Source: Candidatus Doudnabacteria bacterium
GTDB lineage: Bacteria > Patescibacteriota > Doudnabacteria > UBA920 > O2-02-FULL-48-8
Reading direction: 5' to 3'
Assembly: GCA_025450105.1 (NCBI GenBank)
Contig: JANWIA010000034.1
Span: 1-34,996, forward strand
DNA length: 34,996 nt
Both the position numbers and the translations under genes were made by a program. Below are positions 9,679-19,488 of this stretch, in pieces. Under the pieces are notes generated by a model, which saw only the letters and a program-made list of their open reading frames with translations, searched no databases and was not told the origin of the DNA. Each line of letters opens with the position of its first letter. Positions within the stretch are counted from its first letter, which is position 1.

Positions 9679-10579
9679 ACTTGATATTAACTTTCTTTAA
9701 GACCTCTTGTAATTCTTCCGGAAGTGGAGAGTTTAAGTCCAGCCAAGTTCCATCTGACTTTTGAAATCGCAAGTGGAAGGCGTGGAGGAATTGTCGCTTA
9801 ATTAATTCCTGATCTTTCTTCTTATTTTCAGCCCCATATATATCGTCGCCGACTATTGGGTGTTTGATATGTGCTAAATGCACTCTTATCTGATGAGTGC
9901 GACCTGTGTGTAAGTTTACCTTAAGCAGGGCCATTTCGTCAACAGTCCCGACGTTATCTCCGACAATGACATATTCAGTCTTGGCTTCACGACCCGGCCC
10001 GACCTTCATCTTGCGAGTTTTGAAGCTCTTTACCAGCGGTGCATCAATAACGTCATGGAGTTTTTGCGGTACGCCATGGACCAAGGCCAAATATTCTTTT
10101 TGGACTTTTCGATCCTTAAACATCTTCTTTAAATATTCGTAGGCTTCATTGGTCTTGGCAATGATGAGTAAGCCCGATGTATCTTCATCCAAACGATGAA
10201 CAATGCCTGGGCGGAACTTTTCACCAACGTTTTTGATTTGCGGGAATTTAGTCAGGAGTGCGTGACTTAGAGTGTCTTCGGTTTTGCCGGCGCCAGGATG
10301 AACCAAAAGTCTGGCCGGTTTATCGATCACAGCCAAATTATCGTCTTCATAAACAATTTTTAATTCCCGATTACTTGGGATAAATTCAAAATCCTTAAAT
10401 TCCGGCAACTCAATCACGTCCTGGTCAAAAACCTTCCAATCGGTTTCCAGTTGGACTTTGCCATTGACCGTAACCGATCCGGATTTGATTGCCTTCTGAA
10501 CAGCGCCCCGTGATTTTTCAACCACAGAAGCTAAATATTTATCCAAACGTTCAGTTTTATCGGCAACGAATTTGAGCAT
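9662..10579 (-). CDS. rluD: RluA/RluD family pseudouridine synthase with S4 domain
   Basis: RLDKYL S4 start, [28 protein letters not shown]. Confidence 0.92.
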   Translation of the reverse strand: MLKFVADKTERLDKYLASVVEKSRGAVQKAIKSGSVTVNGKVQLETDWKVFDQDVIELPEFKDFEFIPSNRELKIVYEDDNLAVIDKPARLLVHPGAGKTEDTLSHALLTKFPQIKNVGEKFRPGIVHRLDEDTSGLLIIAKTNEAYEYLKKMFKDRKVQKEYLALVHGVPQKLHDVIDAPLVKSFKTRKMKVGPGREAKTEYVIVGDNVGTVDEMALLKVNLHTGRTHQIRVHLAHIKHPIVGDDIYGAENKKKDQELIKRQFLHAFHLRFQKSDGTWLDLNSPLPEELQEVLKKVNIKYDKFI

Positions 10580-11256
10580 TATTTTAGTAAATCGGGACGG
10601 CGCTTTTTGGTGCGCTTTAATGATTCCTTACCCCGCCATTCATTAACATTTGCATGATGACCCGTTAGCAATACCTTTGGCACAAGCATTTTTTTGTAAA
10701 CATCTGGGCGGGTGTATTGTGGATACTCCAACAGCCTATTATTGAAACTTTCGTCAGATAAAGATTCGGCTTTACCCAAAAAACCTGGGATCAGACGTGA
10801 CACTGCATCGACCACGGCCATTGCTGGAATCTCCCCGCCAGTCATGACAAAATCGCCGATGGAAATTTCCATGTCGACCAAGGAACGGACGCGTTCATCA
10901 AAGCCTTCGTAGCGGCCACAAATCAAAGTAATCTCTTTGTAGTTGGAAAGTTTAGTGACTAATTTCTGATCAAACTTTTTACCTTGAGGTGTCAGTAATA
11001 CAATCAGTTTCCCCTTACTCCCCTTTTTCCCTTTCATCCCATTTAGGGCCCGATCAATAATATCCACACGCATGACCATTCCCGCGCCGCCGCCGTATGG
11101 TCGGCCATCCACGGTTTTGTGCGGGTCGGTTGCGTAGTCGCGTAAATTTACAATTTCAATATCAATAAATTCTTTAGCCTGACCGCGTTTAATGAGACTC
11201 GTATTAAAATACGAATCAAACGCTTCGGGAAAAATTGTCAGGATTCTAAATTTCAT
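10579..11256 (-). CDS. trmD: tRNA (guanine37-N1)-methyltransferase
   Basis: PYGGGAGMV, CGRYEGFDER, SIGDFVMTGGE, LLEYPQYTRP. Confidence 0.98.
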   Translation of the reverse strand: MKFRILTIFPEAFDSYFNTSLIKRGQAKEFIDIEIVNLRDYATDPHKTVDGRPYGGGAGMVMRVDIIDRALNGMKGKKGSKGKLIVLLTPQGKKFDQKLVTKLSNYKEITLICGRYEGFDERVRSLVDMEISIGDFVMTGGEIPAMAVVDAVSRLIPGFLGKAESLSDESFNNRLLEYPQYTRPDVYKKMLVPKVLLTGHHANVNEWRGKESLKRTKKRRPDLLK

Positions 11257-11266
11257 ATTTAGTATT

Positions 11267-11295
11267 TAAAATCCCCGACGACGTCGGGGATTTTT
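11267..11295. terminator. Terminator-like hairpin after khpA
   Basis: AAAATCCCCGAC-GAC-GTCGGGGATTTT. Confidence 0.75.
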
Positions 11296-11299
11296 ATAT

Positions 11300-11635
11300 T
11301 TAGAGTTTAAATTCGTCGATGTCTGCGGACAATTCTTTATCGGCTGACATATTGTTGCTGTCTCCTCGAGGGGCGCGTCTTGAACCTTCTGGTTCATGAA
11401 TCTTAAGATTCACTCGGGACTTTCTCTTGGCTCCGACAACTCGCAACAGCGTGCGGATTGACTTAGCGGTTTGTCCCTGACGACCGATCACTTGTCCCAT
11501 ATCCTCAGGATTGAGGTGGAGAGTGAGCAAGACACCCATCTCGTCAACAGTTCGCTCAGTTTTGACATCTTCAGGATGGTCAACTAAAGCCTTTACGAGA
11601 TACTCAACAAACTCTTGGTCTTTTTCTTCTGCCAT
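11300..11635 (-). CDS. khpA: KH-domain RNA-binding protein (KhpA/YlqC family)
   Basis: LVKALVDHPEDV, DMGQVIGRQGQTAKSIRTLL; downstream of rpsP. Confidence 0.93.
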   Translation of the reverse strand: MAEEKDQEFVEYLVKALVDHPEDVKTERTVDEMGVLLTLHLNPEDMGQVIGRQGQTAKSIRTLLRVVGAKRKSRVNLKIHEPEGSRRAPRGDSNNMSADKELSADIDEFKL

Positions 11636-11723
11636 ATCTATTGAATAGTGTTAATTCTGTAACTCAAAAAGAGCAATTTAAGTGAGCTTGTTCGACTAAA
11701 CCGAAGCTTACTTAAGCACAAAT

Positions 11724-11752
11724 ATTATAATTTTTTTTGGACGTAGTGTCAA
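11724..11752 (-). promoter_or_regulatory. sigma70 promoter for khpA
   Basis: TTGACA-17 bp-TATAAT, exact consensus. Confidence 0.85.
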
Positions 11753-11799
11753 TCTGGATAACCCGACGTTAATGGCGCAATCAGAATCTGTCTATCCCC

Positions 11800-11870
11800 A
11801 TCCTGACGCATGTCAGGATCTACTTCTGATCCTGAAACGAGACCCGTCAGACGGGTCAAGTTCAGGATGG
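11800..11870. repeat. REP-like ATCCTGA/TCAGGAT palindromes with a nested hairpin
   Basis: ATCCTGAC-GCAT-GTCAGGAT, then ATCCTGAA...GACCCGT-CAG-ACGGGTC...TTCAGGAT; related copy at 3311-3329. Confidence 0.7.
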
Positions 11871-11921
11871 TCTTGCGGAAAAAACAAAAAACCTGCCGTT
11901 ACAGCAGGTTTGAATGATTGA

Positions 11922-12347
11922 TTAAGCTTGAGGTGCAGCTTCTTTTGGAGCTTCGGCAGGAGGTGCTTCCGGAGCTGGGGCTTCTGGAGCCGGAGCTTCG
12001 GCAGGAGCGGCAGCGGCTTCAGTCTTTGGAGCTTCAGCTGTTGGAGCCGGGGCAGTTGGAGAATCGGTTGCTTCCTTTTTCTTTGGCTGCCAGGCTTTAA
12101 CTTTTTTGCCTTCAACCAATTTCTTTTCTACAAAAAGGTTGTGAACGCTTGGAGAAACCTGCACGTTCTGGTCTAACCAATATTTAAGTCTTGTTTCATC
12201 TTTAACGGCAAAATTCTTACTGCGTGGATCATAACTGCCCAAAACTTCCAAGAATTTCTTGCTTGCAGATTTATGTGCTTCAGCCAAAACAATGCGGAAT
12301 TGAGCTTTGTTCTTGGTGCCAGTTCGTTGTAATCGGATAGTTAACAT
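11922..12347 (-). CDS. rpsP: 30S ribosomal protein S16 with Pro/Ala/Glu-rich C-terminal tail
   Basis: MLTIRLQRTG...FRIV...EVLGSYDP...YWL; low-complexity APEAP tail. Confidence 0.97.
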   Translation of the reverse strand: MLTIRLQRTGTKNKAQFRIVLAEAHKSASKKFLEVLGSYDPRSKNFAVKDETRLKYWLDQNVQVSPSVHNLFVEKKLVEGKKVKAWQPKKKEATDSPTAPAPTAEAPKTEAAAAPAEAPAPEAPAPEAPPAEAPKEAAPQA

Positions 12348-12406
12348 GTAGTAATTAATAAATTAGTGCTCGCGTATAATAACAAAAGTGTGCAATATGG
12401 TCAAGC

Positions 12407-14512
12407 CTATGATTTCACTTGCTTCTCCGCTTGTTCGAGCTTTAAGGAAAGGATCTTCGAGATGCCTTCGTCGGTCATGGTTACACCATAAAGCGTATGG
12501 GCTTCGTGCATAGTCGCACGGTTATGGGTAATAGTCACGAATTGCGTTTGATGAGCTAGCGTCCCGAGAATTTTTGCAAAACGAATTGAGTTGGCTTCAT
12601 CCAAAGCAGCATCGACTTCATCTAATACTACGAATGGCGATGGGTACGATGCGAGCATGGCGCAAAGCAAAGCGATTGAAGTTAATGCGCGCTCCCCACC
12701 AGATAATGCGGCGATGGTAGAAAGCTTTTTTCCAGGAGGAGTTGCTTTGATTTCAATCCCGACTACCTGCTTAGTGCCCTTTATTTCCTCATCCTCCCCT
12801 TCTTCCTTTTCTTCAATCTCTTCGCCTTCTTCTGTAACAATTTCCTTCAACAAATTCATGTGCGCCCGGCCACCGTTAAATAAAATACGGAAGTATTCCG
12901 AAAACTTTGTGGAAATTAGGCCGTAGGCTTCATCGAATTGTTTCTTAATAACATGGTCAAGCTCATCAATAACCTGCCGCAAATCCGTAACAGCTTTTGT
13001 TAAATCCGCATGCTGCGACGACAAATAATTAAACCTCTCTTCGGTTTCGCGGTATTCCTGCATGGTCAATTCATCAACACCACCGGCGAGTTCCAATTGC
13101 CGCTTGAGCTTTTCAATTTTATGAGGCAAATCTGCAGCAACACTTTCGACTTTATCAGTAGGCTCAACCGCATGGCCCATAGTCTCGCGTGAAGTCTGCA
13201 ACATCGACTCGAATCTTGTTTCTATGCGGGCCTTTTCCACCATGATTTTGGTCTGCTCTTCCTTTAACAAATTTAACTGCGAAGATTTAATGCGGAATCT
13301 TTTTTCCTCTTCAGTCAAAAAACTTTTCTTCCGTTTTTCTTCCGCAATTAACTTTTCACGGGCAGTGTTATGGTCGTGTATTTCCTCAACCATTTTTTCC
13401 AAACGGTCATCCAACTCCTTCTTCTGTTTCAATAACTCCGTATTATCGCTTTGGCTGTATTCAGCAACGAGATCCTTAAGCTTCTTTTTTACTTCACTAA
13501 GATTTTTCTCTGTGATGGATTCAATAATTTCCTCAAATTGTTTGCGGAATACGGAAAAATCTCTGGCAACCGGTACCTTAAGCTTACCTCTAATCTCGGC
13601 GAGCTTTTCCAGTAAATCCAATTTCTTTTTTTCCAACGCACTGCCCTTTTTATCTAATTCATCCAAAAAACTGTTGGAGTTTCCGGTTTGAACCTCTTCC
13701 TTTTCTAAAACTTTTTGGAAAGATCCGATTTCGTGCTCCAATTTTTTAATACCCTCCTGGCTGCCATCAAAACGACCTGAAATTTCCTTCAATTCCTTAT
13801 CCAACAAATAATACTGGTGACCAAAGTACTGTCGATTTAAATCTGAATACTCTTTTTCTAAACCTTCGCGCTCTTCCATCCGCTTGGCTTGGCGGCGCAA
13901 AGACTTCAAGCGCGGCTCTATTTCGTTGATTAAACTTGAAACTTGGGTTAAATTTTCTTCGGTTTGCTCCAAACGACGAATTGTTTTGTCGCGCTTGGTG
14001 TAATATGGCTTAACGCCAGATGCTTCTTCGATTAAATTTTTAACTTCGGCCGGACCGGCCAAAACCATTTGATCGATAGTACCCTGCCCAATAACCGCAT
14101 AGTGGCTCGCGCCGAATCCGGAACGGGATAAGGCATCGACCACATCCAGTAAACGGACACGCTGGTTGTTAACCAAATATTCCGATTCTCCATCGCGGTA
14201 AACCCGGCGGCGGATTTCCACCTCGGAATATTCAAACGGCAACTTATGGTCTTTGTTATCGAAAGTCAGCGCGACTTCGGCCATAGATTGCTTCGATTTT
14301 TTGTCGGAACCGGCAAAAATTACGTCTTCGGTTTTTTTCCCGCGCAAAAGTTTCATGGATTGTTCTCCCATGACCCAGCGCAAAGAATCAGCGACGTTGG
14401 ATTTACCCGAACCGTTGGGGCCGACAACCGCAGTCATGCCTGGTTCAAATTCCAATACCGTTTTGTGCGCAAAGGATTTGAACCCGTGAATTTCTAACCG
14501 TTTTAAATACAT
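12407..14512 (-). CDS. smc: SMC-family ATPase, short form (701 aa)
   Basis: GFKSF, Walker A GPNGSGKS, DVIFAGS, signature LSGGE, Walker B VVLDEVDAALD, ITH. Confidence 0.93.
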   Translation of the reverse strand: MYLKRLEIHGFKSFAHKTVLEFEPGMTAVVGPNGSGKSNVADSLRWVMGEQSMKLLRGKKTEDVIFAGSDKKSKQSMAEVALTFDNKDHKLPFEYSEVEIRRRVYRDGESEYLVNNQRVRLLDVVDALSRSGFGASHYAVIGQGTIDQMVLAGPAEVKNLIEEASGVKPYYTKRDKTIRRLEQTEENLTQVSSLINEIEPRLKSLRRQAKRMEEREGLEKEYSDLNRQYFGHQYYLLDKELKEISGRFDGSQEGIKKLEHEIGSFQKVLEKEEVQTGNSNSFLDELDKKGSALEKKKLDLLEKLAEIRGKLKVPVARDFSVFRKQFEEIIESITEKNLSEVKKKLKDLVAEYSQSDNTELLKQKKELDDRLEKMVEEIHDHNTAREKLIAEEKRKKSFLTEEEKRFRIKSSQLNLLKEEQTKIMVEKARIETRFESMLQTSRETMGHAVEPTDKVESVAADLPHKIEKLKRQLELAGGVDELTMQEYRETEERFNYLSSQHADLTKAVTDLRQVIDELDHVIKKQFDEAYGLISTKFSEYFRILFNGGRAHMNLLKEIVTEEGEEIEEKEEGEDEEIKGTKQVVGIEIKATPPGKKLSTIAALSGGERALTSIALLCAMLASYPSPFVVLDEVDAALDEANSIRFAKILGTLAHQTQFVTITHNRATMHEAHTLYGVTMTDEGISKILSLKLEQAEKQVKS

Positions 14513-14518
14513 ATATAA

Positions 14519-14651
14519 AAATTTGAAATTCGAAGCACGAAATTCGAAAAAATATCTAATTGTAAATATTTAATATATAAATCTGATTTTGAATTTATTA
14601 TTTTTTTCATTTAAATTTGTTTCGGACTTCGATATTCGGATTTCGTATTTA
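14519..14651. repeat. Heptamer-periodic imperfect palindrome
   Basis: Left arm TGAAATT CGAAGCA CGAAATT CGAAAAA; right arm TGTTTCG GACTTCG ATATTCG GATTTCG TATTTA. Confidence 0.8.
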
Positions 14652-15332
14652 TAGATCGCTAACTTTTAATCCATTTTCTGCCGCGGCAATTTCCGCTTCC
14701 TGTTTTGAAGAACCGACACCTGTTGCAATTTGTTTCTCTCCGACAAAAACTCCGACTTCAAAATTCTTATTATGATCTGGTCCCCATTCGGCCAAAACTT
14801 TGTAATGCGGTGTCACTCCTAATTTTTCCTGGGTCAATTCCTGGAATTTGCTTTTTGGATCCAAAATTTTTCCTTCAGCAACAATTCCCTTTAATTTATC
14901 AATAATAAATTTGTCCACGAATCTTTTGGTGACATCAAAACCAGAGTCTAAATAGATTGCGCCAATCAAAGCTTCAATGGTATTAGCTAAAATTACTTGG
15001 CGGGCGCGACCAGTATCCTTGGCTTCGCCCTTGGACAACAAAATGTATTGATCCAAATCCAATTCCGAGGAAATTATGGACAGCATTTTGTAATTGACGA
15101 GCGCTGATCGCAAATTAGTCAATTCACCTTCTGGATTTGGAAAATTTTTGTACAAATACTCTGTCGTGATCAATTCCAAAACGGCATCGCCTAAAAATTC
15201 CAGGCGTTCGTTGTGGGGCAATGGCCATTTGCGGTTCTCGTTCAAATAAGAACGGTGGGTCATGGCTGACTGCAAAATGTTGCGGTCATTAAATTTTATT
15301 TCGATTTTGTTTTCTAGAGTTTCTAAATCCAT
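14649..15332 (-). CDS. rnc: Ribonuclease III
   Basis: THRSY, NERLEFLGDAVL, EALIGAIYLD, dsRBD DPKSKFQE...GSSKQEAE. Confidence 0.98.
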   Translation of the reverse strand: MDLETLENKIEIKFNDRNILQSAMTHRSYLNENRKWPLPHNERLEFLGDAVLELITTEYLYKNFPNPEGELTNLRSALVNYKMLSIISSELDLDQYILLSKGEAKDTGRARQVILANTIEALIGAIYLDSGFDVTKRFVDKFIIDKLKGIVAEGKILDPKSKFQELTQEKLGVTPHYKVLAEWGPDHNKNFEVGVFVGEKQIATGVGSSKQEAEIAAAENGLKVSDL

Positions 15333-15425
15333 CGTAAATGAAATTCTCTTTACGAATTACGAATGATTACCAATATACAAACTTGTATATTCGTACTGAT
15401 TAGTAATGAGTAAAAATTAATTATC

Positions 15426-15500
15426 TGGTGGGCAGTATAGGGATTGAACCTATGGCCTACTCTACGTCAAAGAGTCGCTCTACCACTGAGCTAACTGCCC
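15426..15500 (-). tRNA. tRNA-Val(GAC)
   Basis: GGGCAGTTAGCTCAGTGGTAGAGCG ACTCT-TTGACGT-AGAGT ... ATAGG-TTCAATC-CCTAT ACTGCCC ACCA; full cloverleaf, encoded CCA. Confidence 0.96.
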
Positions 15501-15513
15501 TATACTAAATTTT

Positions 15514-16452
15514 TTAAACAACTTCCGGTACTGTTTCTGGTTGTGGTTGATCTTCGAATTTTTTTGGCTTCACCAGCTCCAAAAAAATCAAGATCCAGCA
15601 AATGTGCTGGAGGGTTGAGACTACGGCTGTCAGTCCCAAAAAAACCAAAAAACCGGTAAAGATTCCGCTTAAAATAACTGGTGAATTTAAGCTGAAACCT
15701 ACCATATCATACGGTAATCCGGACAAAATTACAAACGGTATAAGGATAATGGCTTGGATAATAATGATGCCGATCATGCTCAGAATAGACAACATTAGCA
15801 ATAAAATGGCAAGGCGAACTAAAATCGGCCAAATTTTCCCAATCAAATCTACACTAACCCGAATGCTGTTTCTGACCGTAACTTTATGCAAGACCACAAG
15901 CAGGCCGGCAAAAGTATTGACTGTGGACAGTAAAAAATAAATTGGGGCGAAGATTAAGAGTCCGGTAATCCCCAAGGTCGTGGCCTGGGTTGTTGCTTGG
16001 GCATTCCATAAGTGACCAATCGGCGCGCTAAGCAAAAACAATGCCAAAAAAATTGTCCCAAAAGTCACGGCCCAGATTGCCGCTAGTTGGGGGATAAATT
16101 TTCTCCCCTGCTTCACCGTTTTCCAAAATTCGATCGGTTCCCGGGCTATACTTTTGTCTACAATCACCATTAAGCTGGCACGGGAAACTAAATACATTAA
16201 CCAAAAAATAATGGCCGCAATAATAATTATCGCTCCAGACATGATTACGGTACTGCCCTTTGTCATTACCAGTTGAGTTAGGTCTTGAGCGACGTTGTTT
16301 TGTTGTTGCTGGTCTTTTGGACTAAACGTAGTAATTAAAAAATAGATAAAGACATTGCCCCAAATCAAAAACAAGCCCAAGCTCCACAAAACTTTTTTAG
16401 TTTTGGTAAAGCTTAAGGCTTGTTTAATGATTTTATCTTGAATTAAACGCAT
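15514..16452 (-). CDS. Hypothetical polytopic membrane protein
   Basis: About 6 long hydrophobic segments; 5 bp downstream of ftsH. Confidence 0.82.
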   Translation of the reverse strand: MRLIQDKIIKQALSFTKTKKVLWSLGLFLIWGNVFIYFLITTFSPKDQQQQNNVAQDLTQLVMTKGSTVIMSGAIIIIAAIIFWLMYLVSRASLMVIVDKSIAREPIEFWKTVKQGRKFIPQLAAIWAVTFGTIFLALFLLSAPIGHLWNAQATTQATTLGITGLLIFAPIYFLLSTVNTFAGLLVVLHKVTVRNSIRVSVDLIGKIWPILVRLAILLLMLSILSMIGIIIIQAIILIPFVILSGLPYDMVGFSLNSPVILSGIFTGFLVFLGLTAVVSTLQHICWILIFLELVKPKKFEDQPQPETVPEVV

Positions 16453-16457
16453 GAACC

Positions 16458-18344
16458 TTAGACCGCCGCTGGTGACAAAGTTTCCATTGCTGGGCCAGCA
16501 GATTTTTTCATCAATTTTTCTTGGGGAATGATATCAGCCAGGAGCTGTTCATATTCTTCGCGTTCCAAAGTTTCAACTTCAATCAATTTTTCCGCCAGAA
16601 CCGTCAATTGTTTACGGTATTTTTTGAGAATTTCTGTCGCAGTCTTATATGCCCTGTCAATAAAGCCGGAAATTTCTTCGTCGATTTTTGCGGCGACTTT
16701 TTCGGAATAATTTTTCTGTTCTGAAATTTCCCGGCCCAAGAAAATCATTTCCTGATGGTCACCAAAGGTCATTGGGCCCAGGGTTTCGGACATACCATAA
16801 GTTGTGACTAATTTGCGAGCCAGGTTTGTTGCGACTTTCAGGTCATTAGAAGCGCCGGTCGTTAACTCATTGAAAATCAAGTTCTCTGTCGCATAACCAC
16901 CAAGAGTCATGGCTAAATCAGCAATAAATTCAGATTTAGAATGGAGGTTTTTATCTTCTGTCGGCAATTTCATTGTGTAACCAGCAGCCCGGCCACGGGA
17001 GACTATTGAAACTTTGTGGATTGGATCGGCATGAGGCAAAACTGTTGCGACCAAAGCGTGTCCTGCTTCGTGCCATGCGGCAATCTCTTTTTCGCGCTTG
17101 GACAACAAATGGCTTTTGCGTTCCGGACCAAGCATAACCTTTTCGATTGCTTGGATCAGGTCAATTTGGAAAACCTCTTTCTTATTTTGGCGGGCAGCAA
17201 GGATGGCGCCTTCGTTCATGAGGTTCGCCAAATCAGCACCGGAAAAACCCGGGGTTCGTTCGGCAATCGCCCGCGGATTAACATCCTTTGCCAAAGGTTT
17301 ATTTTTGGCATGGACTTTAAGAATTGATTCGCGATCATTAATGTCGGGCAAATCCAGGATCACTTGCCTATCAAATCTTCCTGGTCGCATTAATGCCGGA
17401 TCCAAAACGTCAGGACGGTTGGTAGCGGCAATGACAATGACATTGGTTTCGTTATCAAAACCATCCATCTCGACTAAAATTTGGTTCAGGGTTTGTTCAC
17501 GTTCATCGTGTGATCCACCAAGACCGGCGCCACGCTGTCGTCCGACAGCGTCGATTTCATCAATGAAGACAATGCAGGGTGAATTACGTTTGGCCTTCTT
17601 AAACAAATCGCGAACGCGAGACGCGCCCACCCCGACAAACATTTCTACGAATTCCGAACCAGAAATATGGAAGAATGGGACATTGGCTTCGCCGGCAACG
17701 GCTCGGGCCATAATAGTTTTACCAACGCCCGGAGGACCGAGCAACAAAACTCCTTTAGGAATTCGGGCGCCCAAAGAAAAAAACTTTTGAGGGAAACGTA
17801 AAAATTCCACAATTTCGCGCAATTCTTCTTTTGCCTCTTTAACTCCGGCAACATCAGAAAAAGTAATTCGCTTTCGGCGATCACTTTGCTCCAGCATTTT
17901 TGCGGAAGATTGGCCAAAAGACATGGCGCGGTTATTAGAACCCTGTACTTGTCGCATCAAAAACCAAATAAATCCCGCGATGAGTAGAAATGGAATAACA
18001 AACGGCAGAATTGTCGTGACAATCACAGACGATCCCCCGCCGTTCTTTACTTCAATCTTTAATTCTTTAATTTTTCCTTCATCAACGCCGTAATTGATCA
18101 GACCTTCAGTCAAGGAACCTTGTTCCTTTGTGGCGGCCTGCTTCTTGCCATCTTTAAGTGTGGCCAAAACATCATCACCACTGACTTCTATTTTTTCAAC
18201 AGCACCAGCATTAATTTCCTCATAGATCTGGGAGATGGATGCCTTCTCTATGCTTTTATCTTCTGTATCGAAAAATGCAAACGCTCCCGCAACAAGCAGG
18301 AAGACTCCAAAAATGATAAACAAGTTCCTAATAAATCTACTCAT
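16458..18344 (-). CDS. ftsH: ATP-dependent zinc metalloprotease FtsH
   Basis: Two TM helices, [30 protein letters not shown]. Confidence 0.99.
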   Translation of the reverse strand: MSRFIRNLFIIFGVFLLVAGAFAFFDTEDKSIEKASISQIYEEINAGAVEKIEVSGDDVLATLKDGKKQAATKEQGSLTEGLINYGVDEGKIKELKIEVKNGGGSSVIVTTILPFVIPFLLIAGFIWFLMRQVQGSNNRAMSFGQSSAKMLEQSDRRKRITFSDVAGVKEAKEELREIVEFLRFPQKFFSLGARIPKGVLLLGPPGVGKTIMARAVAGEANVPFFHISGSEFVEMFVGVGASRVRDLFKKAKRNSPCIVFIDEIDAVGRQRGAGLGGSHDEREQTLNQILVEMDGFDNETNVIVIAATNRPDVLDPALMRPGRFDRQVILDLPDINDRESILKVHAKNKPLAKDVNPRAIAERTPGFSGADLANLMNEGAILAARQNKKEVFQIDLIQAIEKVMLGPERKSHLLSKREKEIAAWHEAGHALVATVLPHADPIHKVSIVSRGRAAGYTMKLPTEDKNLHSKSEFIADLAMTLGGYATENLIFNELTTGASNDLKVATNLARKLVTTYGMSETLGPMTFGDHQEMIFLGREISEQKNYSEKVAAKIDEEISGFIDRAYKTATEILKKYRKQLTVLAEKLIEVETLEREEYEQLLADIIPQEKLMKKSAGPAMETLSPAAV

Positions 18345-18495
18345 ATTTGTTCTTGATTTCTTAAAATTAGCTTTCGCTTAAGTCCTAAAATTTTACTTAA
18401 AATGATTACTATTGTCAACCTAACAAAATGTTTAAACCCATCGTATTGTTTTGCCGTAGGCACCAAAACTTTCAACTTTTCACTTTCAACTTTTT

Positions 18496-18582
18496 TGGTG
18501 CCGGGGAAAGGACTTGAACCTTCATGGGATTGCTCCCGTCAGCTCCTAAAGCTGATGCGTCTGCCAATTTCGCCACCCCGGC
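18496..18582 (-). tRNA. tRNA-Leu(TAG)
   Basis: GCCGGGGTGGCGAAATTGGCAGACGCA TCAGC-TTTAGGA-GCTGA, long variable arm, GAAGG-TTCAAGT-CCTTT CCCCGGC ACCA. Confidence 0.96.
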
Positions 18583-18653
18583 AAGCTCACTAATTATAAC
18601 AAAGCCCACGTTTTAAGGCTAAAGGTTAATTTATCCTCCACAAATGCCCGTTT

Positions 18654-18695
18654 TATGGCTTATCTATTGACAATAAGCCATATTTATGCTATCCT
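18654..18695 (+). promoter_or_regulatory. sigma70 promoter with overlapping inverted repeat
   Basis: TTGACA (18667)-17 bp-TATCCT (18690) with extended TG; TATGGCTTAT/ATAAGCCATA palindrome straddles the -35. Confidence 0.75.
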
Positions 18696-18795
18696 ACGCT
18701 ATTCAGTTACGGTCAGGAGCCGTACCCAAAAAACGGTTCCGGAGAAACACAATTTCCCAGGTCTTTAACAATTCGAGTTCATAGAGGAGTTTGAA

Positions 18796-19479
18796 ATGGC
18801 TGATCAAAAGAAGCCCGGAAAAGAAGGTGCTCGGCACAGTCTTTTTCTTGAGGTCATTCCAGTCGACGACAATACCTTCGACATCAAGCTGACTGCTAAG
18901 GTCAGGGACGGACAGGCGCTCGCTTCAAAGAGAGTTGTCTTTTCCGTCGGCGGAGCTCAGCTGCCTGGTTCCGAAATCACGGATGCGACTGGTGTGGCGA
19001 ATCGCCGTGCCAGCGTCGCCGGGATGAATGGCAAAATCATGGTTCGAGCGGAAGTCGAGGACAACGGCTACAAAGAAGTGCCGTTTGATGTTGGTGCAAA
19101 ACCCACATCGGGTCCGGCGAAAGTCCGACTTCAGATCGAAGACAATGTGCGCAGCACCGGCGAACGCATCCTGGACATTCTCGTCTTCGATGCCGTAACC
19201 GGACGCAGCGTCGAAGCTAAGATCAAGATCACGCCAAGCGAACCGGTTTTGTTCAATGGCGTGTTGCTTCCTAGACCTGGTCATTTGTTTTTCATCAGGA
19301 CCGTTCCAGTAAGCGGACTCGTGTTCGCCGTCGAGAACCAAAACGATTGCGAGCTTGATATCCAGGTCGTTAGCTACGATGCCAAGTTCCAGCTGAAGCT
19401 TCCGAAATCGAGGCTGAAGCGGATCACTGCCGAGCCTGATAGCCCGGCGCTCGTCCGTCTTTTCGACGGATGCAACTAG
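18796..19479 (+). CDS. Hypothetical protein with probable Ig-like (Big_1/invasin-type) domain
   Basis: SD AGAGGAG; LTAKVRD...VVFSV...TDATGVA resembles bacterial Ig-like repeats; beta-rich, no signal peptide. Confidence 0.7.
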   Translation: MADQKKPGKEGARHSLFLEVIPVDDNTFDIKLTAKVRDGQALASKRVVFSVGGAQLPGSEITDATGVANRRASVAGMNGKIMVRAEVEDNGYKEVPFDVGAKPTSGPAKVRLQIEDNVRSTGERILDILVFDAVTGRSVEAKIKITPSEPVLFNGVLLPRPGHLFFIRTVPVSGLVFAVENQNDCELDIQVVSYDAKFQLKLPKSRLKRITAEPDSPALVRLFDGCN

Positions 19480-19488
19480 AGGACACAC

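Noticed and set aside
11813-12115. 100-aa minus ORF overlapping the rpsP tail
   Set aside because: Alternative frame of the low-complexity S16 extension, running into palindromic repeats.
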